Virus record (IMG/VR): IMGVR_UViG_3300025327_000001 | Length of the DNA: 64,000 bases | From: an uncultured virus (IMG/VR IMGVR_UViG_3300025327_000001) | Taxonomy: Duplodnaviria > Heunggongvirae > Uroviricota > Caudoviricetes | Strand: one strand, 5' to 3' | In this document: positions 28,000 to 38,103 of the stretch, one piece after another | Layout of the letters: each line of letters opens with the position of its first letter | How positions within the stretch are numbered: the stretch's first letter is position 1 | Position numbers and translations under genes: made by a program | The notes under the pieces: generated by a model | The model's database searches: none | Told to the model about the DNA's origin: nothing | What the model saw: only the letters and a program-made list of their open reading frames with translations

Positions 28000-29883
28000 A
28001 TGACAATTTTAAATAACCAAACTAGAGATGCTCCTGTTCCATCGACTGACTGGAATCAGATATTAAAAAATATTCAAGGTGCTATTAGTGGAACTAACTC
28101 GAATATAAATGGAGCTTTGCTGGATGATGGTAAAAAAATAGTTGGTATCCGCATTGCTACGGAATTCGACACGACGAAACATGCGGGGACAGATGCTGAT
28201 CCATGGAGCCGGAACGCCATTACCAATTCTATTATGGATTTGGGCGGCGCGGAGGGAACGATTCTTATCTCCGGTGGAGTTCATAGTATTGATTTGAGTT
28301 TGGTTGTGCCATCGAATGTCCAACTTATCATTTCTAAAGATTCGAGACTACGAATCGCCACTGGTGTTACTTTTACAATCAACGGTACTTTGGATGCTTC
28401 ATTAAACAAGATATTCGATTTGGTGGGGACAGGGGTAGTAACGTTCGGGACAGTCATCAAGGAATTCTATCCAGAGTGGTGGGGTGCGAAGGGCGATGAC
28501 GTAACTGATGATGCTTCTGCAATTAACCAAATGGCATTGGCCGCTGCCGGAAAAGTATGGCATTTCACATGGGTCTATAGGATTGGTTCGACTATCGTGA
28601 TATCGGGAACCAATACAAGGCTTGTTGGTTCCTCATGGGCAAGTGAGATTAAAGCCATGGATAGTTGGACAACACCAAACCAACCTATGTTTTCTGTCAC
28701 TGCCACAGGGGTATCTTTCTTTAATCTAAAGCTGAACGGAAATCGTACTGGGCGCGGACCTGTAACATCGGCCCATATAGTAAGATGCAACACTGATAAT
28801 CTTTCAATTACCAGTTGTTGGATAACGAATGATGCATGGGAAGCCATTCGGTCCATAACAGGAGGAACGCACAACCATTGGCTAATTGCTGATAACTTCA
28901 TGGATCAAGGATATGGAGGTTATGTAATCATTGCTGGTGGAACTAGATGTATTGTCTCACGTAATATCATGCTAACGAGTACATCAGACCCTCAAATCAA
29001 CTTTGGTAAGCTAAATGCCCCAGTGGAGAATATCGTTGAAGGCAATGTTGTAGTAGGATCGCAGGACGTTGGAATTTCCTTCAACGTGGCGGGTTCAGCT
29101 AGGAATCTCATTCGAGGGAATGTTATCATAGATTGTGTCAACGGACCCATTAATGCTTCCTCTAGCACCAATGATATCATCGAAGGAAACCTAACCAAAG
29201 GCGCGAACGCATCCATAGTTTCAGGAACAAAAACAATTGTGCGGGGCAATAAAATTATTTTCATAAATCCAACTGGAACCGGGGATGGTATCTATACATC
29301 GACAGATAATCTTATCGAAGGAAATACCATAGAGAATTCTCCGGGGAATGGTATTTCAGCCAATGCTGTACAGAGAGTTTCTATCCTTAACAACCATGTT
29401 CGTGGATCGGGGCAAAATGCCATCCGTAGAGAGATAAACATAAGAAATGGCTCTACTGATATCCTAGTTTTAGGGAATGTCTTGGGTGGCGGTGGGCCAA
29501 GTCTCGATTGGGGTATTCTTATTGAACATACTGGAACAGATAGAATTCGTGTTATCGGAAATGTCGTACAGGGGTACACCAATGCCATTCTCAAGACCTC
29601 AGCAACTGGGAATGATATACTTATCGCAGATAATCCGGGTTATAATCCAATTGGTGTCACATCTATAACAGTCACTGCTTCTCCATTCACCTATATAAAT
29701 ACTGATGGTCTTAGGGAACTTGTAAGTATTGATGGGGGTACAGTCACTACAGTTACAAAGAATGGAATAACGCTCTACAATTTTGGAGCCACTGCTGCCC
29801 GATGTGCTGTGTGGCTAGAACCGGGAGAAGCATTGATAGTGACTTACACGGTCGCACCGACGATGAACAAAGATAAGAAATGA
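28000..29883 (+). CDS. Tailspike-like pectate-lyase-fold beta-helix protein
   Basis: PEWWGAKGDDVTDDASAIN motif, many IxGN repeats, C-terminal VTASPFTYxN domain. Confidence 0.85.
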   Translation: MTILNNQTRDAPVPSTDWNQILKNIQGAISGTNSNINGALLDDGKKIVGIRIATEFDTTKHAGTDADPWSRNAITNSIMDLGGAEGTILISGGVHSIDLSLVVPSNVQLIISKDSRLRIATGVTFTINGTLDASLNKIFDLVGTGVVTFGTVIKEFYPEWWGAKGDDVTDDASAINQMALAAAGKVWHFTWVYRIGSTIVISGTNTRLVGSSWASEIKAMDSWTTPNQPMFSVTATGVSFFNLKLNGNRTGRGPVTSAHIVRCNTDNLSITSCWITNDAWEAIRSITGGTHNHWLIADNFMDQGYGGYVIIAGGTRCIVSRNIMLTSTSDPQINFGKLNAPVENIVEGNVVVGSQDVGISFNVAGSARNLIRGNVIIDCVNGPINASSSTNDIIEGNLTKGANASIVSGTKTIVRGNKIIFINPTGTGDGIYTSTDNLIEGNTIENSPGNGISANAVQRVSILNNHVRGSGQNAIRREINIRNGSTDILVLGNVLGGGGPSLDWGILIEHTGTDRIRVIGNVVQGYTNAILKTSATGNDILIADNPGYNPIGVTSITVTASPFTYINTDGLRELVSIDGGTVTTVTKNGITLYNFGATAARCAVWLEPGEALIVTYTVAPTMNKDKK

Positions 29884-29985
29884 TGATTAAAATTAGAATT
29901 ATTTTATAAAAATATTGTTTAAGAAGAGAATACGTGGGAAAAGAATTAAAATAACAAGGTTTTAATATATATAAGGATTGATAGT

Positions 29986-30309
29986 ATGGGAGATTTAATA
30001 GTCATTTATAAAGGCGATGAGGAATTCGAGCGTGAGTTTGAATTGAAAAACGCAGATGGCAGTCCCTATGACCTTACTTCTCATATTGCTAGATTTAAGA
30101 TGGTTTCAGATTATGGTTCTACATCAACTATCGACCAACCTGCAGAAATTGTAACGCCAGAAACAGATGGAAAAGTAAGATATAAATTTTCATCGACTGA
30201 TACTAGTACCGTAGGACGTTATTATGCTGAAGTTGAAACAGAAGAAATTACAACTGGAAAAATATTAACATGGAAAATCGCAGCAGTAGAAATCAGACCA
30301 ACTGTGTGA
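29986..30309 (+). CDS. BppU-N-like Ig-fold adaptor
   Basis: IYKGD..DGSPYDLT..GKVRYKF..DT..GRYYAEVE pattern. Confidence 0.7.
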   Translation: MGDLIVIYKGDEEFEREFELKNADGSPYDLTSHIARFKMVSDYGSTSTIDQPAEIVTPETDGKVRYKFSSTDTSTVGRYYAEVETEEITTGKILTWKIAAVEIRPTV

Positions 30310-30318
30310 GGTATATAA

Positions 30319-30735
30319 ATGACAGTATTCTATGGAAATTTATCTGGTATAAAAGACCGATTGGGAACGATGGCAATAAATACTGATACATTAGATATAG
30401 ACCTTAACAAGAAATTAGAAGATGCTTCTGACCTTGTTGTATTAAAATTAGAAGAATATCCAACTGTATTTCCTTCACCCACTACATTAACAGGTGGTGA
30501 TAAAGTACGTTTAGATCGTATTACCGCAGATTTGTCATGTGCCCTTTATATTGAAGACCGTTCCCAGAGAGTAAGACAGAATGTATCACCAGATATGGAA
30601 CGTTGGTCCACCGTATTCAGGCGCAGGGCAACGATGGAATTAGAACAATTCATAAGAGTCAAAATAAAAGCTGCCGATTTAGGAGATTTTCCAGATATAG
30701 TAAGGATGCAGGGCCTGAAGTTGGGAGAAAGATAG
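30319..30735 (+). CDS. Head-tail adaptor
   Basis: Helical 138-aa protein (LEDASDLV..L) at the start of the neck genes. Confidence 0.65.
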   Translation: MTVFYGNLSGIKDRLGTMAINTDTLDIDLNKKLEDASDLVVLKLEEYPTVFPSPTTLTGGDKVRLDRITADLSCALYIEDRSQRVRQNVSPDMERWSTVFRRRATMELEQFIRVKIKAADLGDFPDIVRMQGLKLGER

Positions 30736-31371
30736 ATGGTCATTGTTATAGAGATGCATATACAGGATGAAATAACTCCAAAATTACAGCGTATTATTCG
30801 TAGGCTTCCTATGCATGTGATGGTCATCAAACAACACGCTACCAACATCATCACAGACGAATTGAAGAATACATTGAATCAAATGAGGGGAAAAAAGGGG
30901 TCTCAGGGGTTTAAATCAGTGAATCGTCTATTACGTGGAATAACTGTAGAATCTAAATCTGCAAATGAGAGTAATATCTATATCCAAGCCTCTGGTGCGA
31001 TTGGCACAATAGGGTCAGAGAAAGTAGTCGGTGTCCTGAATCGTGGTACAATACGACCTCATCCTATATTCCCAAGACGAGTTTCAGGATATAAAACAAC
31101 CACTGCGTTCATGCCAAGGGGTGCAAGAGCAGGCCCTAAAGGTAGACCACCTTATGTTTTGACATTAAAAAAGGATCGTTCAGAATCCGGTGCTGTGCCC
31201 AATATTGACCCGAGAGATTCAGCAGGTTGGCCTTATGTCGTCTTTGCTCGTTTCGTATTACGACATAAAGTTGCTGGACGATTTTTCTTCCAAAAGGCAA
31301 TCAAAAAAGCTTCACCGAAAGTAAAAAGACAAACTGGTCATTTATTAAGAACCTTAATTAAACTAACTTAG
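30736..31371 (+). CDS. Tail-completion/neck protein (HK97 gp10-like)
   Basis: Basic; LNRGTIRPHPI and GRFFFQKA motifs. Confidence 0.65.
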   Translation: MVIVIEMHIQDEITPKLQRIIRRLPMHVMVIKQHATNIITDELKNTLNQMRGKKGSQGFKSVNRLLRGITVESKSANESNIYIQASGAIGTIGSEKVVGVLNRGTIRPHPIFPRRVSGYKTTTAFMPRGARAGPKGRPPYVLTLKKDRSESGAVPNIDPRDSAGWPYVVFARFVLRHKVAGRFFFQKAIKKASPKVKRQTGHLLRTLIKLT

Positions 31372-31381
31372 GAGAAATAAA

Positions 31382-31885
31382 ATGCCAATACCAACACTAC
31401 CATTACGAGAACATTATGGTGAATGGTGGAATTATATTGGTTATGTATTGGTAGAACGTTTAAGGGATTCCAAATTAAAATATTTAAATTCTGTTCAAGA
31501 TTCCCAAATAATATATGGTTTTACCGAAGAACCATTGAATTATCCAAATATCTATGTAATACCTATAAGTGAAGGTGGTTCTACACCAACAACTTCCGGC
31601 GATACAATAATGGCTTCTTTTGTATATTGGGTGTTAATTGAGGATCGTTCAGAGAACTTAATAAAAACAGATGATAATATTAGATTGATAGTAGGAGATA
31701 TATTAGCGGAAATATTACAAGACAGGAATTTAATGTATAATGACATAAGAACAGCATTGGATACATTTATAACTACTATAGACGCTGATTATTTACCCTC
31801 CGAGGAGGATGTTAGTATTATGCGTTATCATCGAATTATATTAACAGTTACAAGGAAATTGGACTTATCTACTGTGACGGAGTAA
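31382..31885 (+). CDS. Tail terminator protein
   Basis: YPNIYVIP motif; position before the tail tube gene. Confidence 0.65.
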   Translation: MPIPTLPLREHYGEWWNYIGYVLVERLRDSKLKYLNSVQDSQIIYGFTEEPLNYPNIYVIPISEGGSTPTTSGDTIMASFVYWVLIEDRSENLIKTDDNIRLIVGDILAEILQDRNLMYNDIRTALDTFITTIDADYLPSEEDVSIMRYHRIILTVTRKLDLSTVTE

Positions 31886-31945
31886 ATATAGAGAATAGAA
31901 ACACATAATATATAAATAAGAATAGACATATTTAAAGGAGATAGC

Positions 31946-32122
31946 ATGAAAGTACGATATCTAGGTACTAGCCAAGGATATAATGAAATTCTTGGACTAG
32001 TAGAACCGGGTCAGATATACGAAGTCCCAAAGGATAGTGAAGCAAGATTTAGATATTTGGGTGATTATGATGTTATTAGTGATAAAAAGGAGAAGAAATT
32101 AAAGATTGATGAAGGTGAATAA
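31946..32122 (+). CDS. Small protein (58 aa, MKVRYLG...)
   Basis: AAGGAG RBS; manual translation. Confidence 0.65.
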   Translation: MKVRYLGTSQGYNEILGLVEPGQIYEVPKDSEARFRYLGDYDVISDKKEKKLKIDEGE

Positions 32123-32124
32123 AA

Positions 32125-33150
32125 ATGAGTAATGATTATGTCTCCTATGTAAAAGAAGCAACATTCGGTCTGAAGCCAACACTGTCTAATGTGGAATCTG
32201 CTAGTGTATTATCAGAAGCTCTTAGACCTAGCCGTGCATTCGAAACGGATATGGGTACGTTCTATCCAAATGTTCGTGACCCTGTTTCCGGTCGTTTTAG
32301 CACAAGTGGGTCTATTCGATGGCAATTAGGTCCTGAAAATGGTATTGGGAAAGCCCTACAATCTATGTTAGGCCCAGATGTTTCTGTTGATGTAGGAGCC
32401 GGAGGGGGTGGAATAAGTCATACATGGTCAGATAATCCTACTGGTGGAATCCCTTCCTCTCTTTCTACCATGTCAATACTCACAACACGAGCTTATCAGT
32501 TAGCACAGTGGGATTATCTTGGACAAGCTTGTTCACGTATAAGATTGGAAGCAGTGCCAAATCAAACGGTACGCGCAGAAGCTGAATGGATGGGAGATTT
32601 TGAGACTATCAATGCTTCGCCAGATGCTCCTACAATTCCCACACAGCAACCATTCGCAGCACATGAAACAGATTGGAAGATTGGTGCATCTCCGACATCT
32701 GAGCCGCGCGTGGAAGGATGGTCAGTAGAAGTTTCTAGAGAAGTAGAAATTCCTCCATCTATCAGTGCAATTCGTAGTGGTGGGACTGGTTCTGTTCGAC
32801 GGGTCTATGGTGGGGGGGTCACAGTCACGGGTCGTGCTGATATTGATTTCGATACCCTATTATATTATAAGAGATTTTATGGTGGGGACTCGGATGTAAC
32901 ACCCGCAGACCGAGTAACAGCAAGAAATGTGCAGATTGATATTGTTTCACCAGACCTTACAGAAGCTGGCCAAAACTATCAATTGCTTGTGAAACTCCCC
33001 AAGATTGTGTTCGAAAATGTAGAAGCGAATCAGTCTGGACGAGATAGAATTGTTGGTGGTTTCCCATTCAAGGCATATTTCGATACAACGGCAGGATATA
33101 GTGTTCAATTCGTGTTGATAAATACTCGTTCACTGACATTCTATCAATAG
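32125..33150 (+). CDS. Tail tube (major tail) protein
   Basis: KEATFG N-terminus, 341 aa, before the chaperones and tape measure; no sheath gene. Confidence 0.8.
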   Translation: MSNDYVSYVKEATFGLKPTLSNVESASVLSEALRPSRAFETDMGTFYPNVRDPVSGRFSTSGSIRWQLGPENGIGKALQSMLGPDVSVDVGAGGGGISHTWSDNPTGGIPSSLSTMSILTTRAYQLAQWDYLGQACSRIRLEAVPNQTVRAEAEWMGDFETINASPDAPTIPTQQPFAAHETDWKIGASPTSEPRVEGWSVEVSREVEIPPSISAIRSGGTGSVRRVYGGGVTVTGRADIDFDTLLYYKRFYGGDSDVTPADRVTARNVQIDIVSPDLTEAGQNYQLLVKLPKIVFENVEANQSGRDRIVGGFPFKAYFDTTAGYSVQFVLINTRSLTFYQ

Positions 33151-33227
33151 ATTATATATTTGAAACAAAGACAAAACTTCTTATATTTTATTTAATATAA
33201 TCAATGTAATCTATAGAGGTATTTTGT

Positions 33228-33623
33228 ATGACAGAGACACAGATAACAACCGTGCAAAAATATAAGGAAAACTTGTATGAGACAGTGGAACTACCATCCG
33301 GCGCAGTTTTCAAGATGAAACGGAGACTAGGTTATGGAGATTATCTGGAACTTTTGAATGTATTAGGTGCTGTCTTGAATAAAGAACCATCAACTGAATT
33401 ATTTGAAGAAGCATCAAAGAATTCCAAAGCGTTGGCAGAAATGATAGCATATATCGTTCCCAAGGTATGCATAGAACCCAAGATATCCTTGATGGAACAA
33501 AAGGATACAATATTGTTATCTGATTTATCCTTGGATGATATGTTATTCATACAGAACAGAGCCCTACGCTTAGATGAGAGGGGGGAGGTAAACAAAGTGA
33601 TGGAATCCTTTCGAAAAGAATAA
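33228..33623 (+). CDS. Tail assembly chaperone (G-like)
   Basis: Between tube and tape measure; ends TCC TTT CGA AAA GAA TAA. Confidence 0.8.
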   Translation: MTETQITTVQKYKENLYETVELPSGAVFKMKRRLGYGDYLELLNVLGAVLNKEPSTELFEEASKNSKALAEMIAYIVPKVCIEPKISLMEQKDTILLSDLSLDDMLFIQNRALRLDERGEVNKVMESFRKE

Positions 33624-33915
33624 TCAGTTGATACGTGGTGTAGTATATGTCGCTCATGTCTATGGTGAGCGACCTTCTAAGATATTGGGTGAATTAATGG
33701 AAACAGAATTTACTCCCGAAGAATCTATATTAATAGACTATGAATCACTTAAATATATAAGTGAATTGAATTCTGGTTCTTCTTTGGATGAAGATAGCAT
33801 GGGGCAGAGACAGTATCTGGAACAAAAATGGAAATATGAGGATATGAAAACAAAGAGAGAAATGGAACGACGTAAGAAAGAATATGAAAATATATTGAAT
33901 AAGAGAGGAAAATAG
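33610..33915 (+). CDS. Tail assembly chaperone extension (T-like), reached by +1 frameshift
   Basis: +1 frame open from 33601; no good independent start or RBS. Confidence 0.7.
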   Translation, partial: FEKNNQLIRGVVYVAHVYGERPSKILGELMETEFTPEESILIDYESLKYISELNSGSSLDEDSMGQRQYLEQKWKYEDMKTKREMERRKKEYENILNKRGK

Positions 33916-33916
33916 A

Positions 33917-35923
33917 ATGGCAACATCTGGTCCTCTTGGCGACCAAATTCAAATGATATTGAATTTGTGGGTCAAAACTACGGATGAACACAAACTCAAG
34001 GAACTATCACGTAGTTTAAATCAACTATCAAAAGCAGAGGACAATATAACTAAAACAACTTCCAGAATGTCCATTGCGACAAACATTGCACGTATCAATC
34101 AGCGTGACTTTGGTTCTACACTGTTGATTCAGGGTATTCAAGCCCGGAGAGCAAGGGAAGAATTGGAACAGGGGTTCTTTACTTTTGAAAAGTTGACACA
34201 GCAAGTTACCGTTTTAGACGAAGAAATGAGAGGTTTGAGAGGTACAGTTGCAAGGACGGCCAACCAGATAGCACAGGATTTTGGTCTAGTACGTGAAGAA
34301 GCTGCCCAAGCACTCGTTAATGTCACAGCCTTGGGTATTGAATTTGAGGATGCCACGAGGATTGTCCGTATTGCAGCCCAAGGTGCCGCTGCGGGTATGG
34401 GTTCGATAGACAATGCAGCTACATTATTGATTACCACGAATAGACAATTCGGGCTATCTATAGAGGATTCCGCCTCCACGATGGCCAAATTAGTTGCCGT
34501 ATCCAACGAAACATCATTCAATATTGACGACATGAAACAAGCTCTATCCACGGCTGGACCCGCTGCGGCGACATTAGGATTTAGTCTGGAAGAAACAGCT
34601 TCCGCCATGGCTATCATGCGAGATGCTGGTCTAGATGCATCAGAAGCAGGTACGGCAATGCGTAATTTCCTTATTCGTATCCAAGACCCGACATCTGAAG
34701 CAGGGAAATTGTTAGAAGAATTAGGAATAGAGACAACGGATTCAGGAGGCAATTTCCTAGATTTGCTTACAATATTGGATAATGTTGGAAAGGGGATGGA
34801 AGATTTAACAGAGGCAGAACGATTACAAACCCAAGCAACCATCTTTGAAATCCGTGGCCAGCAATTATTGAACATTGAGCGTATGCGTGGGCGTGGTCAA
34901 TTAACTGATTTGATTAATGAAGTACAAAAATATAATGATGAACAAGTGGCCGAACATTTCCTATCTGATAAATCGTCTCAAATGACATCGACATTGGGCG
35001 CTCAATTTAATAGGATGAAAGCGAGATTGGCAGAAGTCAATGATGCATATGCCCAAGCATTAATTCCTACAGAAATCTTTTTTATTGATGTACAAGCCAG
35101 ACTAAAAAATACATTCGTTGCATTGCCGGGGCCGATGAGGGATATTGTCGGTGGGTTGATTGTATTAGGTAGTGAATTTGGTGTTGCAGCAGGACAGACA
35201 GCATTGTTATTGGTTAACTTATCTGTATTATGGGAGAAAATGGGTCCAAGGATAATCAAGACATTATCATCGTTGGGAATAAATGTAACTGGTTTAGGAG
35301 CTAAAATTGATGCATTAAAACTCAAATGGAATACAGCGATGTCTGGTATGGAATTCAATACCCAGAAATTCAGACGTTCATTGGCTGCTGTGGGATTGGC
35401 AGCAGCCGCCGCAGTAACAGGAATGCTAGCAATGCAAGAACAAGAACCGGGAATGCGGGCCTTTTTATCAGCATTGACTGGTTTGGAAGCTGCGTTGGCC
35501 GTAACGATGATGATAAGTGCAGTTGCTAAATCTATTTCTGCCCATGCGTTGATTCCTATTGTTGGAGTTGGTATTGGTGTAGCATTGGGGACTTATGCAT
35601 TAGCGCAATTTGCTGCTGCCAAGAGAACAGCAGAAGGAGTAGTAAATTCACAATATGGTGGTCTTTTCCCTGCAAGGCCAGGGAGTGGTACATTAGCCCG
35701 TGTTGGTGAAGGTGCAGGACCTGAGATTGTATCTCCTATACCAACCATGCGAGAGACTTTCAGAGAGGTAATAAGAGAAACAGGTGGTTCTGTGACCATA
35801 AATCCAACTATCCATGTGGCCCCATTCACATCAATAAACAGAAATGCTTTGGATGTTCTGATAAAATCTATGACAAAGGAAACAATAAATGAATTACGAC
35901 GAAGGGGAGTGACCATGAGATGA
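33917..35923 (+). CDS. Tape measure protein (TP901-like core)
   Basis: AGPAAATLGFSLEET..GLDASEAGTAMRN; Ala/Leu-rich helices. Confidence 0.9.
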   Translation: MATSGPLGDQIQMILNLWVKTTDEHKLKELSRSLNQLSKAEDNITKTTSRMSIATNIARINQRDFGSTLLIQGIQARRAREELEQGFFTFEKLTQQVTVLDEEMRGLRGTVARTANQIAQDFGLVREEAAQALVNVTALGIEFEDATRIVRIAAQGAAAGMGSIDNAATLLITTNRQFGLSIEDSASTMAKLVAVSNETSFNIDDMKQALSTAGPAAATLGFSLEETASAMAIMRDAGLDASEAGTAMRNFLIRIQDPTSEAGKLLEELGIETTDSGGNFLDLLTILDNVGKGMEDLTEAERLQTQATIFEIRGQQLLNIERMRGRGQLTDLINEVQKYNDEQVAEHFLSDKSSQMTSTLGAQFNRMKARLAEVNDAYAQALIPTEIFFIDVQARLKNTFVALPGPMRDIVGGLIVLGSEFGVAAGQTALLLVNLSVLWEKMGPRIIKTLSSLGINVTGLGAKIDALKLKWNTAMSGMEFNTQKFRRSLAAVGLAAAAAVTGMLAMQEQEPGMRAFLSALTGLEAALAVTMMISAVAKSISAHALIPIVGVGIGVALGTYALAQFAAAKRTAEGVVNSQYGGLFPARPGSGTLARVGEGAGPEIVSPIPTMRETFREVIRETGGSVTINPTIHVAPFTSINRNALDVLIKSMTKETINELRRRGVTMR

Positions 35924-38091
35924 CGGATTATGATATCAAATTAAACTCAGGAACAGAATTGAGCGCACTTTTGTCTCTTGGCGAATTCTCTGAAATAACC
36001 AAAAATAAAACACTTTTTATCAGTGATTCTACAACATTGACATTGAATACTAACATACATGCAAATTCTATATTTGTTGGGACCGATGGCACTACACTAT
36101 CGAACGAAACAGGTACATTAAAATTACAATCACCATATCAGATTACATTTCCAGATGTACATCCTTTGACGGTTGACCCTCGTATCATATGGGCCACGGA
36201 TGGGAGCAGAGAAGTAGATAGAGGCTCTGGTGTAAAAATAGATGATTTATCTGGGAATGGAAATTATGGTACACGAGGTTCAGGAACATATCAAACAGGC
36301 CCATGGCATATTGCAGGTTTACAACTTTTATATGATATGCAGACTTTAGTAGAATCAGGCGCAAGTGTAGGTAAGATGAAAGATTTATCTGGTAATGCAA
36401 GACATGGAAGTTTCACTTCTGGTTGCATAACAGTAAAAGGTAAATTTGGGCAAGCGCAAGAATATAGAATAAATGATGATTATGGTGGACTTGTAAATGC
36501 ATTCATTGAGAGTACGGATTTAGACCTATCACTTCCATTTTCATTAAGTGCATGGGTATATCGAAAACCTCAGACTGACACAATAGGCAGGATAATTGAT
36601 AAGGGAACAAATTATATATTAGCAATAAAGAATGACGGTGCTCTACATTTCCAGTTTACAGATGCTGGTCCTACAACTAGGATAGCTACTACAGCAGCAT
36701 CTACAGTTCCTCTAAATACATGGACGCATGTTATCGTAAAAGTTGTAGCAAATACGACAAACACAGATGTAACTTTTTATGTCAATGGGGCACAAGTAGG
36801 ATCAACTCAAACATTGACGAATCAACCTACATTAAATAATACATTAGTACGTATAGGATCACATAATGGTGGTGAATTGTTTCAAGGAATTTTAGATGAT
36901 GTTTCTATTTTTAATACTGCATTAACAGCAAAGCAGATTAGAATATTATCTGAAACTGGTTATATTGACTATGGATGGTATTTTGACTTTGATGCAAATG
37001 GCAGAATAGATGTGACCAATACACAAATATTAAATCCTAAAAAGTTAACAATCTTATTTTGGTTAAAGAGATTTACTGATGGTTCAGGAGAATTTAGTAT
37101 TGTCAGAAAAACACCATCAGCCGCTCCTCCAATTAGTGGATTTGAATTATTACTGACAAACTCGAACAAAGTTAAATTTACTATAGCTAATGATGCAACA
37201 TCAAAAGATTTGCTTCGTTCTACTTCTTCTAGTGGGTCTGTTACATCTGGTTCATGGAAACATGTTGCTGTTACGTATAATGGAACTAGTTTAAGAATAT
37301 ATATCGATGGTGTGTTGGATGTAGAGAGGACATATGACACATTTTTAGGTATACAAGAAAATACATCTAATTTATTATTCGGCAATTCTGGAAATGATTA
37401 CATATTAGATGAGTTTTATATGTTTAATGAAGCCTTAACCCCATCAGAGATATGGGCCTATAAGACTCTTTCAGAGAGTTCCGTGGGTAAGATGATTGGT
37501 CTTACTGTCTCAGAATCTGGCAATGTCATAACGGATACGACAACGAATCCTATATCCTTTGGTGCAGAATCCAACTTATATCCTACATTTACCGCAGAGA
37601 ATGAAAATCCACGTTATCGATATGATATGTTTGTACAGGGGACAGGATGGACAGCATCACATTATCTATTACGTGGTCATTCAGTTGGATTCGTATTGCA
37701 ATCGACTACATCGGGACTCAACGAGGATTTTATGTTTAATTATATACCGGAAGATATCCTGTCTATCAATGACAGTGGTGTTGACCCGCCAATAACTAAT
37801 ATTATCAATAGATTGGGCAATGTTAGTAGAATCAAGAAGATAGGTTATTCACCCAGAGAAGTTTCATTTGCTCTACGTTTGAGTTTAGAGGATTCTAGTG
37901 GTCTTTCATTATATCGTAGATTCGAACAATTGGGTTCCACAACATATAAGGAATCTGATATATTCAATATTATCACAGACAAGAATGTGTTAATAGGATA
38001 TCAACTGACTAATATAGATATATCACCAATTCAAAGTTCCAGATATAAATTAGTAGATATCAGCATATCATTTACTAAAAGAGTATTATAA
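35920..38091 (+). CDS. Tail tip protein with LamG/ConA-like domains
   Basis: WTHV..FYVNG..LDDVSIFNTALT and WKHVAVTY..IYIDG..LDEFYMFNEALT. Confidence 0.8.
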   Translation: MTDYDIKLNSGTELSALLSLGEFSEITKNKTLFISDSTTLTLNTNIHANSIFVGTDGTTLSNETGTLKLQSPYQITFPDVHPLTVDPRIIWATDGSREVDRGSGVKIDDLSGNGNYGTRGSGTYQTGPWHIAGLQLLYDMQTLVESGASVGKMKDLSGNARHGSFTSGCITVKGKFGQAQEYRINDDYGGLVNAFIESTDLDLSLPFSLSAWVYRKPQTDTIGRIIDKGTNYILAIKNDGALHFQFTDAGPTTRIATTAASTVPLNTWTHVIVKVVANTTNTDVTFYVNGAQVGSTQTLTNQPTLNNTLVRIGSHNGGELFQGILDDVSIFNTALTAKQIRILSETGYIDYGWYFDFDANGRIDVTNTQILNPKKLTILFWLKRFTDGSGEFSIVRKTPSAAPPISGFELLLTNSNKVKFTIANDATSKDLLRSTSSSGSVTSGSWKHVAVTYNGTSLRIYIDGVLDVERTYDTFLGIQENTSNLLFGNSGNDYILDEFYMFNEALTPSEIWAYKTLSESSVGKMIGLTVSESGNVITDTTTNPISFGAESNLYPTFTAENENPRYRYDMFVQGTGWTASHYLLRGHSVGFVLQSTTSGLNEDFMFNYIPEDILSINDSGVDPPITNIINRLGNVSRIKKIGYSPREVSFALRLSLEDSSGLSLYRRFEQLGSTTYKESDIFNIITDKNVLIGYQLTNIDISPIQSSRYKLVDISISFTKRVL

Positions 38092-38103
38092 TGAGGAAAT
38101 AAG

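Noticed and set aside
32125..33150. Contractile tail
   Set aside because: No sheath or baseplate wedge genes; tube, chaperones and tape measure fit a non-contractile tail.
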